39,776 bases of DNA, from the IMG/VR virus record IMGVR_UViG_3300020042_009560, positions 1-39,776 of that record; one strand, given 5' to 3'. This stretch comes from a virus. Its lineage: Duplodnaviria > Caudoviricetes. Of this stretch, positions 9,428-18,444 are shown piece by piece (the stretch's first letter is position 1; each line of letters begins with the position of its first letter). Position numbers and translations under genes: made by a program. The notes beneath the pieces are model-generated. The model worked only from the letters and a program-made list of their open reading frames with translations, made no database searches and was not told the DNA's origin.

Positions 9428-10172
9428 AGTTAGTAGTAATTGGGATGGTGATGTCCTCCGATACACCATTATCAAAAACATAATTATATTTTAAATCAAC
9501 TCCAGGAGATATAATAGAAATATATTCTCTTAATGCTCTAGAATCTTTAGCTAATAAACCGTATTCAATAAATTCCCTAATTACTTTTTTATCATAACTT
9601 CCATTAACTGAAAGAATCATTTGACGTAAACGGGATGTAACTTCAAAATTACCTTTAGGATCTATTTTTTTAAGTCCTTGGATTTCTCTATCAATTTCAC
9701 TTTCATCTCCATGAGTTAACAATTTAAAAGTAATTTCATTTTTAGTATTAGGAAGAAGAAATGCAAATTCATTTTTACCTTTTTCTATAATATTTTTTTC
9801 ATCTAAAAACTTTTCTTTAACTTGTGTTAAATCAACAGTTACTTTCTCTTCAGAATCTAAAAAATCTGGGTAGTAAGAAAATGAGTAATCTTTACCATAA
9901 CCTAATACACGAGCCGCTATCATAATAGCATCTTTGTCTCCAATTAACAAATCTTTGTAATCAAATTTAGTAATCAACATTGATTGTAATAATTTATCTA
10001 TTACAATGCCTTGCTTGATGTAATTTTGATTTGTTAAAATGTCTTCTTCTCTAGCAGTCATGTATTTCATTTCAACTTTTCCTTCTGCTAAAGGATGACC
10101 TTCAGGATAAAGTAAACCTCTTGAAGGTAATTCCACCATTTCTGTTGGAAACTTAAATTTATTTTCTTCCAT
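9408..10172 (-). CDS. Tail assembly chaperone / T4 gp26-like baseplate hub assembly protein
   Basis: PTEMVELPSRGLLYP, MTAREEDIL, LLIGDKDAIMIAARVLGYG, ends NFFWPDA; between tube and tape measure genes. Confidence 0.75.
   Translation of the reverse strand: MEENKFKFPTEMVELPSRGLLYPEGHPLAEGKVEMKYMTAREEDILTNQNYIKQGIVIDKLLQSMLITKFDYKDLLIGDKDAIMIAARVLGYGKDYSFSYYPDFLDSEEKVTVDLTQVKEKFLDEKNIIEKGKNEFAFLLPNTKNEITFKLLTHGDESEIDREIQGLKKIDPKGNFEVTSRLRQMILSVNGSYDKKVIREFIEYGLLAKDSRALREYISIISPGVDLKYNYVFDNGVSEDITIPITTNFFWPDA
9420..9431 (-). other. Candidate programmed ribosomal frameshift site AAC TTT TTT TGG (+1 or -2)
   Basis: Seven-T run (plus-strand A7 at 9422-9428) read as Phe-Phe in both overlapping frames, four codons before the stop. 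Confidence 0.6.
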
Positions 10173-10203
10173 AATTTTTATTTAATATAACTTTATTGTC
10201 CCA

Positions 10204-10212
10204 TATAAATAT
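10204..10212 (-). promoter_or_regulatory. Putative late promoter ATATTTATA
   Basis: 31 nt upstream of ATG 10172, immediately downstream of a terminator. Confidence 0.6.
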
Positions 10213-10218
10213 TAACAG

Positions 10219-10247
10219 AAAAAAGAAGCTCGCAAAAAATGCGAGCT
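10219..10247 (-). terminator. Rho-independent terminator after tail tube gene
   Basis: Minus strand AGCTCGCA-TTTTT-TGCGAGCT (8-bp perfect stem) followed by TCTTTTTT. Confidence 0.85.
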
Positions 10248-10271
10248 CTTTCAATAGTAATTGTAATTTTA

Positions 10272-10760
10272 TTAAAAATTCAACACACAATAATCTGGTT
10301 GAACGGTCATTGTAATGTTAACAGCAGTGTCAGTAGTATCCCAGTTGTAATCTCCGAAGTTAGCTTCAGTAATTAACGCACCTTTAATAATCCATTCTGA
10401 AACGATATCACCTACTGGTCCTAATACGTCGAATGTTAAGTCTTTCTTATAGAAATCGCTATAACCATCACGTCCAGTTACTGATTCGTGATGTAAACGT
10501 ACCCATTCCATTACCGCCTGAGCACCTGAAGGTGTAATAGGATCAAATAATGTGAACTGGATAGTACCCCAAGTGGTTTTACCTTTCACAAAACGTTGTA
10601 CGTTAATATGGTTTAAAGGTACAGTACCTTGGGTTAACGTGACTGCACCAACACCTTTAACCTCATACGCTGGTATACCGTCAATATACATAATGAATCG
10701 GTTGGCCTGTTTTGGTTCAAAGGCTGTGAAAAATATTTCGTTTGGATCTAATACTGCCAT
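10272..10760 (-). CDS. Tail tube protein (T4 gp19-like)
   Basis: 162 aa; FEPKQANRFIMYI, KGKTTWGTIQFTLFDPI, YKKDLTFDVLGPVGDIVSEWIIKGA; directly after sheath. Confidence 0.9.
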   Translation of the reverse strand: MAVLDPNEIFFTAFEPKQANRFIMYIDGIPAYEVKGVGAVTLTQGTVPLNHINVQRFVKGKTTWGTIQFTLFDPITPSGAQAVMEWVRLHHESVTGRDGYSDFYKKDLTFDVLGPVGDIVSEWIIKGALITEANFGDYNWDTTDTAVNITMTVQPDYCVLNF

Positions 10761-10782
10761 TTTGTTTATTTATTTGTTTTGT

Positions 10783-10791
10783 TATAAATAT
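10783..10791 (-). promoter_or_regulatory. Putative late promoter ATATTTATA
   Basis: 22 nt upstream of tube ATG, followed by ACAAAA. Confidence 0.6.
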
Positions 10792-10806
10792 TCCGTTTTT
10801 AAAGAA

Positions 10807-12561
10807 TTACGCTGGGAAAGTTGCTCCAGTAGGTAAGATGTTGAAATCCAAGTAAATGAATTCAGCAGTCTTAGTAGGTTGCAAATAAATCTGACCAACT
10901 AATTGATTTCTGTCGATTACATCTGGTGTGTTGTTGCTTGAATCCATAATTACTTTAAAAGCATACAAACCTTGACGTTGTTGTACTGATTCTAAGTATG
11001 GGTTTACTTGGTTCAAGAAACTTGTACGAGTTGCAATTGTGTTTTGTTCGAACACTAAGTTATTAGCAACTTGAGAAATGTAAGATTTAAGAGAAATCAA
11101 CAGACGACGAACGTTTACACGATCCAAAGCACTTGCTTTAGTTTGTAATGTTTTCTGTCCATAAACTACAACTCCTGTTCCAGGGAAAGTAGCAATTGGG
11201 TTAACTTTGTTTGAATATAAAGTATCGCGATTTGATTGAGATAATTTCTTTTCAGCTCTTACTACGTTACCTAATCCACCTCTGTTAATACCTGCTGGTG
11301 CGAACCAAGGTTCAGATACTGAATCGTTATAAGCGAATACACCACCGATCATAGTAGAGGCTGGAACCCAAATTAATTGAGCAGAATCTGGATCAATTGT
11401 TTGAACCCAAGGCCAGTATGAAGCAACATATGAACTGTTTTTAGATTGAGCTTGAGTAGTTACGGAAGTAATACTTGAGCTGTAAGGTACTAAATCAGAT
11501 ACAAAGATATTATCACCACGATTCATTGTGTTGTTGATAATAGTTGTTGTTTGAGAAGATCCTAATGGAGCTTCAGAAGCAAATAAACCAGGAACTGTTA
11601 ATACATTAAACCTATAATCATCTTGGTTAGATAATAAACTAATCATGTTATTATAACTTGATGAATTTAATCCCTGAATGTTTGATACACCTGAAATGAT
11701 TGTGTTATAATACTTAGCAGCACTACCTGTAAACAAAGCACCTGTAGCTCCTGTAAATGAACCACTTGCGTTGTTAGGAATAGAACCAGTAAATTGAGCT
11801 TTTGCAACACCATTATTATCAAAATACAATGGAGTAGGAGTTAAAACATTACTCACATAAACATATCTTGAAGCATTAGGATAATCACCATTTATAACAA
11901 CTTGGTTATCAGTTGAATCATAAGTTTTTACTTGGTTACCAAGTACTCTAGATACATAGTTTGGAGCTGTAGGATCCATTGATAATCCAGTCCAAGTTTC
12001 TAATATTGTTTGATCATTAGTGTTATCATCACCTTGACGGATTAACAAACTAAAAGTACCAGAACCAGTATCGCGGTTAGCGATCTGCCATCTGATATTA
12101 TCTGCTGAACCTGATACTAATGAACCACTAGAATCTAATGAACTAGAACTGTTCATGATAAGTCCTTGAGATAAAGTACTTAATACAATAGATTCTGAAG
12201 TATTAGCGTTAAGGATAGAAACTCCACCTCCACTAGGTCCAGTAACTGAACCAGTAGATGTTGTGGCAGAAGTAAATGAACCTGTCACTACTCGAGCTAC
12301 TAACAATGTTTCACCACCGTTTGCAAAATAATTATAAGCTGCAACAGAGGTAAAATACGTATAAACTTGACTACCACTTAAAAAAGTAGTACCAAATTTG
12401 TTTTGATAATCGCTGTACGAAGTAACAATTGTAGGAACTTCTACAGGACCTTTAACGGTTGGACCAATAATAGCAGCACCTACTGTTACAGGTTGCTGTG
12501 TAATAAAGGAGTTATCGTTTTCGAGAGCGAGTACGCCAGGTGATATTAATGTTTCTGCCAT
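10807..12561 (-). CDS. Contractile tail sheath protein
   Basis: ISPGV..E.D, GPTVKGPV, YFANGG..LLVARV, YWPW, WFAPAGINRG, VVVYGQKTL, RVNVRRLL, FEQN, PTKTAEFI: canonical sheath motifs. Confidence 0.96.
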   Translation of the reverse strand: MAETLISPGVLALENDNSFITQQPVTVGAAIIGPTVKGPVEVPTIVTSYSDYQNKFGTTFLSGSQVYTYFTSVAAYNYFANGGETLLVARVVTGSFTSATTSTGSVTGPSGGGVSILNANTSESIVLSTLSQGLIMNSSSSLDSSGSLVSGSADNIRWQIANRDTGSGTFSLLIRQGDDNTNDQTILETWTGLSMDPTAPNYVSRVLGNQVKTYDSTDNQVVINGDYPNASRYVYVSNVLTPTPLYFDNNGVAKAQFTGSIPNNASGSFTGATGALFTGSAAKYYNTIISGVSNIQGLNSSSYNNMISLLSNQDDYRFNVLTVPGLFASEAPLGSSQTTTIINNTMNRGDNIFVSDLVPYSSSITSVTTQAQSKNSSYVASYWPWVQTIDPDSAQLIWVPASTMIGGVFAYNDSVSEPWFAPAGINRGGLGNVVRAEKKLSQSNRDTLYSNKVNPIATFPGTGVVVYGQKTLQTKASALDRVNVRRLLISLKSYISQVANNLVFEQNTIATRTSFLNQVNPYLESVQQRQGLYAFKVIMDSSNNTPDVIDRNQLVGQIYLQPTKTAEFIYLDFNILPTGATFPA

Positions 12562-12586
12562 GTTTTTGAAATTTTGTTGATTTTAT

Positions 12587-12606
12587 TCTATGATAAATAT
12601 CATAGA
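12587..12606 (-). promoter_or_regulatory. Promoter-motif variant ATATTTATC embedded in a perfect 8-bp inverted repeat
   Basis: TCTATGAT-ATTT-ATCATAGA; the motif lies 30 nt upstream of the sheath ATG. Confidence 0.5.
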
Positions 12607-12618
12607 GAGGGTTAAAAA

Positions 12619-12870
12619 TTAACCAACAACATTAATTTCTCCTTTTTCTAAGTCGATTGTACCATTACCGTACTTAGCTTGGAGTTCATTACTTAAAGTT
12701 GCTTCAGAATTTCTAACTTCAATCAAAAGATTGATTAAATTTTCTTTTTGCAATTCTAATTCTTGAATTCTCATTTCGATAAAACCGAAATCGGCCATTA
12801 ACTGTTCTCTTTTTGTTTGTAAATCCTTAATTGCTTGGATTTCTTCTTGTTCTAAAACTTTGGTTTCCAT
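12619..12870 (-). CDS. Small coiled-coil protein (83 aa)
   Basis: Heptad-rich acidic sequence ending KYGNGTIDLEKGEI; A-rich start context. Confidence 0.8.
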   Translation of the reverse strand: METKVLEQEEIQAIKDLQTKREQLMADFGFIEMRIQELELQKENLINLLIEVRNSEATLSNELQAKYGNGTIDLEKGEINVVG

Positions 12871-12889
12871 ATTGTTTTTATTTTATTTT

Positions 12890-13786
12890 TTAATTGTATA
12901 ACGGTAATTTATAAGTAGCACCATCTACTTGAATTGATAACCAAGCTGATGGATCTCCTAATATAGTAGCTGAGTTAGCTCCATAAACGTTTGCCGGTAA
13001 AGCATATCCTATTGTACCTGGGGAGGTGGCTGTTGATCCTGTAATTCTTACTGATCCTGTAACTGTAAGTGAACTTGAAACATTAATAGAACCACTAACA
13101 TTTAATCTATATCCAGTATCTACACTTCCTGATCCTATTTGAACGTTTCTGGAGCTACTAAATATAGTAAGAGCTACTTGTTCTCCTGTGTATGTATTTG
13201 CTACAGGAGAAGCATTAATAGTATTTAAAGGTACTGTTGAAATTTGGAAATTTGAACTTGAGTCAAATAATAACATTGAGCGAGTTGGACTCGCAGATAA
13301 TTTCATTCCTTTTCCATTAGCAGTATTATCAAATGAAGCTACTACCTCAGCATTAGCTGCTGGATTTAAGTATACTGAATCAGAGTATGTAGTACCATAA
13401 ACATAAGCACGAGCAGTCGACGATTGGAGTTGTAATAAGTTACCATCGTATGTTAATGTAGACTCACCGTTAATAGTATTTGCTGTTCCCGTTGCTGTTA
13501 ATAAGTAATTATTAGTATTGTTATTGATAGTAACACCACCTGAACCAGATAAAGCACCTGATGCTGTGTAAGCAACGTTTCCTGTAGAGCTATCTATAAC
13601 TAAAACTCGGTTATATGCTTGTTGTGCTAATCCATTAATACCAACAGAACCTGTTAAAATTAATGAACCAGATAAAGTAATATCATAAGCGGCAATACCT
13701 GCAAAGGCATCAATACTTTGGGACACGTCAGATGCTTGAACTACGTTTCCTGTTAAAATATTAGATTTGGTTAATGTTAATGCCAT
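12890..13786 (-). CDS. Tail fibre-like structural protein (298 aa)
   Basis: Ser/Gly/Thr/Asn-rich; ITLSGSLILTGS and LNVSGSINVSSSLTVTGS motifs shared with the large fibre genes. Confidence 0.65.
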   Translation of the reverse strand: MALTLTKSNILTGNVVQASDVSQSIDAFAGIAAYDITLSGSLILTGSVGINGLAQQAYNRVLVIDSSTGNVAYTASGALSGSGGVTINNNTNNYLLTATGTANTINGESTLTYDGNLLQLQSSTARAYVYGTTYSDSVYLNPAANAEVVASFDNTANGKGMKLSASPTRSMLLFDSSSNFQISTVPLNTINASPVANTYTGEQVALTIFSSSRNVQIGSGSVDTGYRLNVSGSINVSSSLTVTGSVRITGSTATSPGTIGYALPANVYGANSATILGDPSAWLSIQVDGATYKLPLYN

Positions 13787-13791
13787 ATGTT

Positions 13792-13800
13792 AATAAATAT
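13792..13800 (-). promoter_or_regulatory. Putative late promoter variant ATATTTATT
   Basis: Fills the 13-nt gap between the glycosyltransferase stop and ATG 13786. Confidence 0.45.
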
Positions 13801-16800
13801 TATGATTTTTTGTTCTCTACTAAATGTTTTAACTTATCTATAACCATTTCTGCGGAAATTGATTTAGTACACTCAAAGTGTCTATCAGTGTTTTTATGTC
13901 TTGGACACCAATACCAATCACCTTTATCAAACTGGAAGTTAGGATCAACCCAACAAGAGTTACAAACCGATTCATTTACAATTCTAATACAATTGCTCTG
14001 GAATTCATGTTCTTTGTTAGTCATATTGGATATTAGAACTACCTGTTTGTTTAAAGCCCAAGCTAACCAAGATAATCCACTAGATAATCCTACAAAAAAT
14101 TCACTGTAGTGTAAAAGATTCATTATATTGTCTATTGACTTATCCTCTAATTCTATTACATCTTTTAATTCAGATGATTCTAATGAAAGATTTAAAACCT
14201 CGTATCCGTTTTGTACAAAATAATCAACTAACTCTTGCCATCCTGTTAGATTATTCCAATACTTTAAACCTGATGTAGAATGATAACCAATAGTAATATA
14301 TTTTTTATCTCGTTTATTTTCTGTTGGTATAAAACTTATTTTTGGTTTTATCTCGGTATGTGTTAATCCTAAAATATTTGATGATACTTTTTGTAAAGGT
14401 ATAGTATTAAATAATTCTGGTTCCTTATCTGAATTGTAGTAACATCCTATAGTATATGCAGAGTTAATATTATTGGCTGTTGAACCGGGAGTTATAAATT
14501 CAAGTTCGGGATATTCTGTTTTAAATAAGTGATTCCAAAATGTTGATACTACTACTTGACACTCATGTTTTTTTCTAAATTCATCTATATAAGGAAACCA
14601 AGCAAGTGTATCTCCTAAAGACTTAGAATCAATAGATATAAAAACTCTTTTGTTTTTTAGGTTAAGTGTTTGTTCTAAAACTAATTCTTCATCTTTCCAT
14701 ACTTTAACAGTCCACTTAGTAAAATACTGTCTGTTTAGTTTAGCCCACATATTACATTTTATAATATCCTCATAGTGGATTTTATTATTTTCATCAACAA
14801 ACTGTACTTTATAATCTGAATCAGAGGTACCTAATAACTCAAAGTAAGGTTGATTAATAAAAGTAAGTATATAATTTAGTTTTTCAGGATTATAAACTTG
14901 CTCTTGTGGTTTAGAGGTTAGTAATAACTTATAAAAATCAATATGTTTTTGAGCAAATTCCTCTACCTGATTCAGGGGCAATGAATATGATTTTGGGTTT
15001 GAAATAGTTTTTAATAAAATATCTGTGTTTTCGTTTATATCATCTTTTATTTCTGTGATATAATCGGTAAACATATCTAAATATTGTTTTAAATTTCTTG
15101 ATAATGTTGGAAGGCCATAAGATGCTGCCTCTCGTATAGCTAAAGGATTACATTCCCATGTTGAGTTAAACATAAAAACGTCAGCCGCTTTCATAAAAGT
15201 ATCAACATCGTTTCGCTCACCCCATATAGTAACATTACTTGGAATATCCTGCATAATTGGTTCCCAATATTCTTTAAAATTTGGTGCTTGGTTTCCTATA
15301 AAATGAAATTGTATTTCTGGATTAGTTTGGAGGATTTGTTTAGCTATTTCTACTCCCTCTTTTTGGTTCTTACCTTGAGTCCATAACCCAACATTAATAA
15401 TGTGTTTTTTGTCTAAATTAAAACCTAGTTGTTTTTTAGCCTCTATCTTTTCCTCTATAGTTGGTACATTGTTTTCTATAGGAAATTCAGCAACCATGTT
15501 TTTACTAGGCATATGTTTAAAAGTAGCTACTTGGTGCCAAGGGGTACAAAAAGCATATCCATCAGGACTATATTTTTTACTCGTATCAGGATTAAACCAA
15601 ACATTATGGCATGTTTCAACTACTCTCCAGGTCCTGTTTTTATCATATATTTTATCGAATAATAATTCTGGTGCTTTAGTATAAGAATCTAAACACTCAA
15701 TCATTTCGTCTATATGAACAATGTTTATGTTGTTGTTTTTAATTATGTCAATTAATTCTAATTTATTTTCACCTAATGACCAAAAATGATCCTCCCCTAT
15801 TATTTCAAGTATTTCATTACGTTGAACTACATAATCATAACTAACATTTGTAAACTCAACAACAAATATTTCAATATCTTTAGAATACTCTAATAATGAT
15901 TTTATTCGTTTAAGCAAAAACGAGGGCATACCTCCAGTAGACAAGTGAGGGGCAACAAAAAGGATTTTAGTTTTTTGATTGTCTATCAAATCAAACATTT
16001 TTTTAATTTCCTCAATTCTTTTCTCACCGTGAAACGCTACAATTTTGTTTTTATCTTTTGGTAGTTTATAGTATTCAGAAATAAAAATATCTTGATCTGT
16101 ATTGGTTTCTAGAAAATGTTTAACAGTATCTGCTCCCTTAACGTTAACATAAACCATTGGTAATCCCTTATCTTTTATTCTCCATGTTAAAACATTATAA
16201 ATAGTTTCCTCTTGTAAAGGACTTACATTATAAACATTAGTTATTTTAGGAAATAAATTTTTACAATCTCTCCATACCTCTAAAAACGGTTTTACGTGTT
16301 TTGTTCCTACTAAAATATTTGTTGTATGATACTGACCTCTTTGTTCTGGTTTCATATTAAAGAAATCCATCATAGGCCATTCCAACGTATTTTTTAGATC
16401 AACTGAGTTATCGTTTTTCCAAAAAGGATTACCCTTAACACTTCCATCTGGATTAGTTAATAAAATAAATTCGTAAGGGCCAAGAGATGCTAATGGAAAT
16501 GATTCTACCTCATCACAATACGAAAATATATCATCTATATTTGTATTTGCAATACAGTCTGAATCTATGTAAGCCCAATTATTGATTTGAGAATCACATG
16601 CCTCAATCATAGCATCTATTTTACCTCCTAAAGCTAAAAATGTTCTAACACTTTCTCTACTTACGTAAGAGTTACCGTGTTGTTCTATAAAATCATTTTT
16701 ATTTAACTCAGGTAAATTTAAATCAATCCTTTTACAAACAGCAAGTGATTTTAATTTATCACTACCCTCGTAATCAATTGTGTATACTATTAGCTTGTGT

Positions 16801-16883
16801 TTTGAATATTTGTTTATACTTTTAGCTAGCTGAAGAGTTATTTCTTCATAGTTTTCTGTGGTATGGGTTATAAAATAATTCAT
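13800..16883 (-). CDS. Three-domain glycosyltransferase: GT-A-like + GT4-like GT-B + autotransporter O-heptosyltransferase (TibC/AAH-like)
   Basis: N-term YIDSD (DxD); middle KILFVAPHLSTGGMP, NVGLWTQGKNQ, ADVFMFNSTWECNPLAIREAASYGLP; C-term SLGDTLAWFPYIDEFRKKH, FFVGLSSGLSWLAWAL and CNSCW...WCPRH...FECTKSI. Confidence 0.85.
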   Translation of the reverse strand: MNYFITHTTENYEEITLQLAKSINKYSKHKLIVYTIDYEGSDKLKSLAVCKRIDLNLPELNKNDFIEQHGNSYVSRESVRTFLALGGKIDAMIEACDSQINNWAYIDSDCIANTNIDDIFSYCDEVESFPLASLGPYEFILLTNPDGSVKGNPFWKNDNSVDLKNTLEWPMMDFFNMKPEQRGQYHTTNILVGTKHVKPFLEVWRDCKNLFPKITNVYNVSPLQEETIYNVLTWRIKDKGLPMVYVNVKGADTVKHFLETNTDQDIFISEYYKLPKDKNKIVAFHGEKRIEEIKKMFDLIDNQKTKILFVAPHLSTGGMPSFLLKRIKSLLEYSKDIEIFVVEFTNVSYDYVVQRNEILEIIGEDHFWSLGENKLELIDIIKNNNINIVHIDEMIECLDSYTKAPELLFDKIYDKNRTWRVVETCHNVWFNPDTSKKYSPDGYAFCTPWHQVATFKHMPSKNMVAEFPIENNVPTIEEKIEAKKQLGFNLDKKHIINVGLWTQGKNQKEGVEIAKQILQTNPEIQFHFIGNQAPNFKEYWEPIMQDIPSNVTIWGERNDVDTFMKAADVFMFNSTWECNPLAIREAASYGLPTLSRNLKQYLDMFTDYITEIKDDINENTDILLKTISNPKSYSLPLNQVEEFAQKHIDFYKLLLTSKPQEQVYNPEKLNYILTFINQPYFELLGTSDSDYKVQFVDENNKIHYEDIIKCNMWAKLNRQYFTKWTVKVWKDEELVLEQTLNLKNKRVFISIDSKSLGDTLAWFPYIDEFRKKHECQVVVSTFWNHLFKTEYPELEFITPGSTANNINSAYTIGCYYNSDKEPELFNTIPLQKVSSNILGLTHTEIKPKISFIPTENKRDKKYITIGYHSTSGLKYWNNLTGWQELVDYFVQNGYEVLNLSLESSELKDVIELEDKSIDNIMNLLHYSEFFVGLSSGLSWLAWALNKQVVLISNMTNKEHEFQSNCIRIVNESVCNSCWVDPNFQFDKGDWYWCPRHKNTDRHFECTKSISAEMVIDKLKHLVENKKS

Positions 16884-17842
16884 TATAAACTTTTTAAGGA
16901 TATTAGATTATTATCTTTATCAAAACCTTTAATCAATAAACCATTTTGTGGAAATGAAGGATTATAATAAAGATTATAAATTATTTTAGGTAATACTTTT
17001 GGTAAAGTATATTCAAACAAAATATCATCGTGATGATAAATAATAATTTTTATATTATCAAGCTCTACTAAAGAACTAAAATCAATCCTATTATCACCAT
17101 TATATTTAAAATTATATAATAATCCACCTGTAAAATAATTTAGATCAGAAGTTAAATTTATTCTATCTTCTCTGTCATATCCGGTAACATGTACTATAAA
17201 ATCTCCAGGTTGCCAAACATTATTATTAGCTCCTGGAGTGTGAAGAGTCATAAAAGGATTATTCATGTACCAGAATCTGTTTAATGTTTTTTCCGGTACT
17301 ATTTTTACTTTATCTTTAAATATAGGTTTATCTATAGTAATTCTAGCTTGTCTACCCTCATAGTCAAATGTGTTGATATCTATGTCTATAGGCCATTCTT
17401 TAGCGTCCCATATGTCTTGAAGAATGTTAATACCTGTTTTATCATTTTTTACAAGATATTGGCTTGTAATAACACAATTTGTTCCTTGACTATTTTTTAT
17501 AGGAGTATCAATTGGTTCTATGTTATGAGCAGGAACTATAAAAGAATAATTATTATCAATAATTGATTCTAGTTTTATAGTACTATTCATTATTAGACAA
17601 TCAGTGTCTAAAAAGAATAACCATTTAAACTTATTTGTTTTTAAAATATCAATTGATACTTGAATTTTTTGCCATTGAGGTAATCTATGATTATCAATGT
17701 TTTCTATTTTATGAGAAATAAGAGTATACCCGTGTAAATCACAATATTGTTTAACGTTTTTGTCAATGGTTACTTCTGCTAATTTAGCATAGTAATCATC
17801 ATACAACATTAAAACACAAATGTCTTTAGGGTCTAAAACCAT
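16883..17842 (-). CDS. GT-A glycosyltransferase, GT34/galactosyltransferase-like
   Basis: YCDLHGY, WQKIQ, WLFFLDTDCLIMN, WQPGDFIVHVTG; start moved to ATG 17842, which overlaps the upstream stop (TAATG). Confidence 0.75.
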   Translation of the reverse strand: MVLDPKDICVLMLYDDYYAKLAEVTIDKNVKQYCDLHGYTLISHKIENIDNHRLPQWQKIQVSIDILKTNKFKWLFFLDTDCLIMNSTIKLESIIDNNYSFIVPAHNIEPIDTPIKNSQGTNCVITSQYLVKNDKTGINILQDIWDAKEWPIDIDINTFDYEGRQARITIDKPIFKDKVKIVPEKTLNRFWYMNNPFMTLHTPGANNNVWQPGDFIVHVTGYDREDRINLTSDLNYFTGGLLYNFKYNGDNRIDFSSLVELDNIKIIIYHHDDILFEYTLPKVLPKIIYNLYYNPSFPQNGLLIKGFDKDNNLISLKSL

Positions 17843-18441
17843 TATTTTTGTATTAACCAACTACCAAACCACTCTTCAGTAATAACAGGTGTATAGTTAA
17901 ACTCACTACAAAACTCATCAACAGCTGGATTAACTCCAAACACACCATGATATATTTGATTGTTGCTCCAAATATGTTTATCTTTACCATTTTCGGCAAA
18001 GTTAGGATCATTATACCAATCTAAATTAATATAGTCATGACCCCACAAATAACCACCTTTTTTTACTTTAGGATACCATAACTCAATGTCTTGTTTTACA
18101 AAATCATAAGCATGATTAGCATCAATGTATACAAAATCTAATGATTCATCTTGAAACATATTTGATGCTATTTCTGAGGATGCTCGAACCATAATTGCTC
18201 TATCTTCATGTCCTGAAATGTTTTTAGTTGCCTCACCAAAGATGTCAATTTCAAATCTACCATGATTACTCATGTCTGTGTATTCATCTCCTAAGGCTCT
18301 CCAAACATCTACCATGTAGAGAGTACCCGACCAGTTTTCTAAAATTTCTTTTGAAAATTCACCTTTAAAGGTTCCTACTTCAACCCCAAACCCGTTTGGA
18401 AATTTACACCCGATTATAGACAATAGTTCAAGTCTGTTCAT
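17842..18441 (-). CDS. Class I SAM-dependent methyltransferase (Methyltransf_24-like)
   Basis: VEVGTFKGEFS; DFVYIDANHAY..VKQDIELWYPKVKKGGYLWGHDY. Confidence 0.85.
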   Translation of the reverse strand: MNRLELLSIIGCKFPNGFGVEVGTFKGEFSKEILENWSGTLYMVDVWRALGDEYTDMSNHGRFEIDIFGEATKNISGHEDRAIMVRASSEIASNMFQDESLDFVYIDANHAYDFVKQDIELWYPKVKKGGYLWGHDYINLDWYNDPNFAENGKDKHIWSNNQIYHGVFGVNPAVDEFCSEFNYTPVITEEWFGSWLIQK

Positions 18442-18444
18442 AAT

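Noticed and set aside
9428-9481. Track start codon for the 109-aa ORF (MFLIMVYRR...)
   Set aside because: Lies 74 bp inside the chaperone gene; the frameshift at the T7 run is a better explanation, though not proven
3883-12561. Bacterial extracellular contractile injection system or tailocin rather than phage
   Set aside because: Single sheath and tube, long tape measure, S74-chaperoned fibre and an adjoining probable DNA polymerase fit a phage; capsid genes are outside the window so this is not formally excluded
17843-17860. TTG start for the GT34-like gene
   Set aside because: ATG at 17842 overlaps the upstream stop in the TAATG arrangement also seen at 4206, 16883 and 19440
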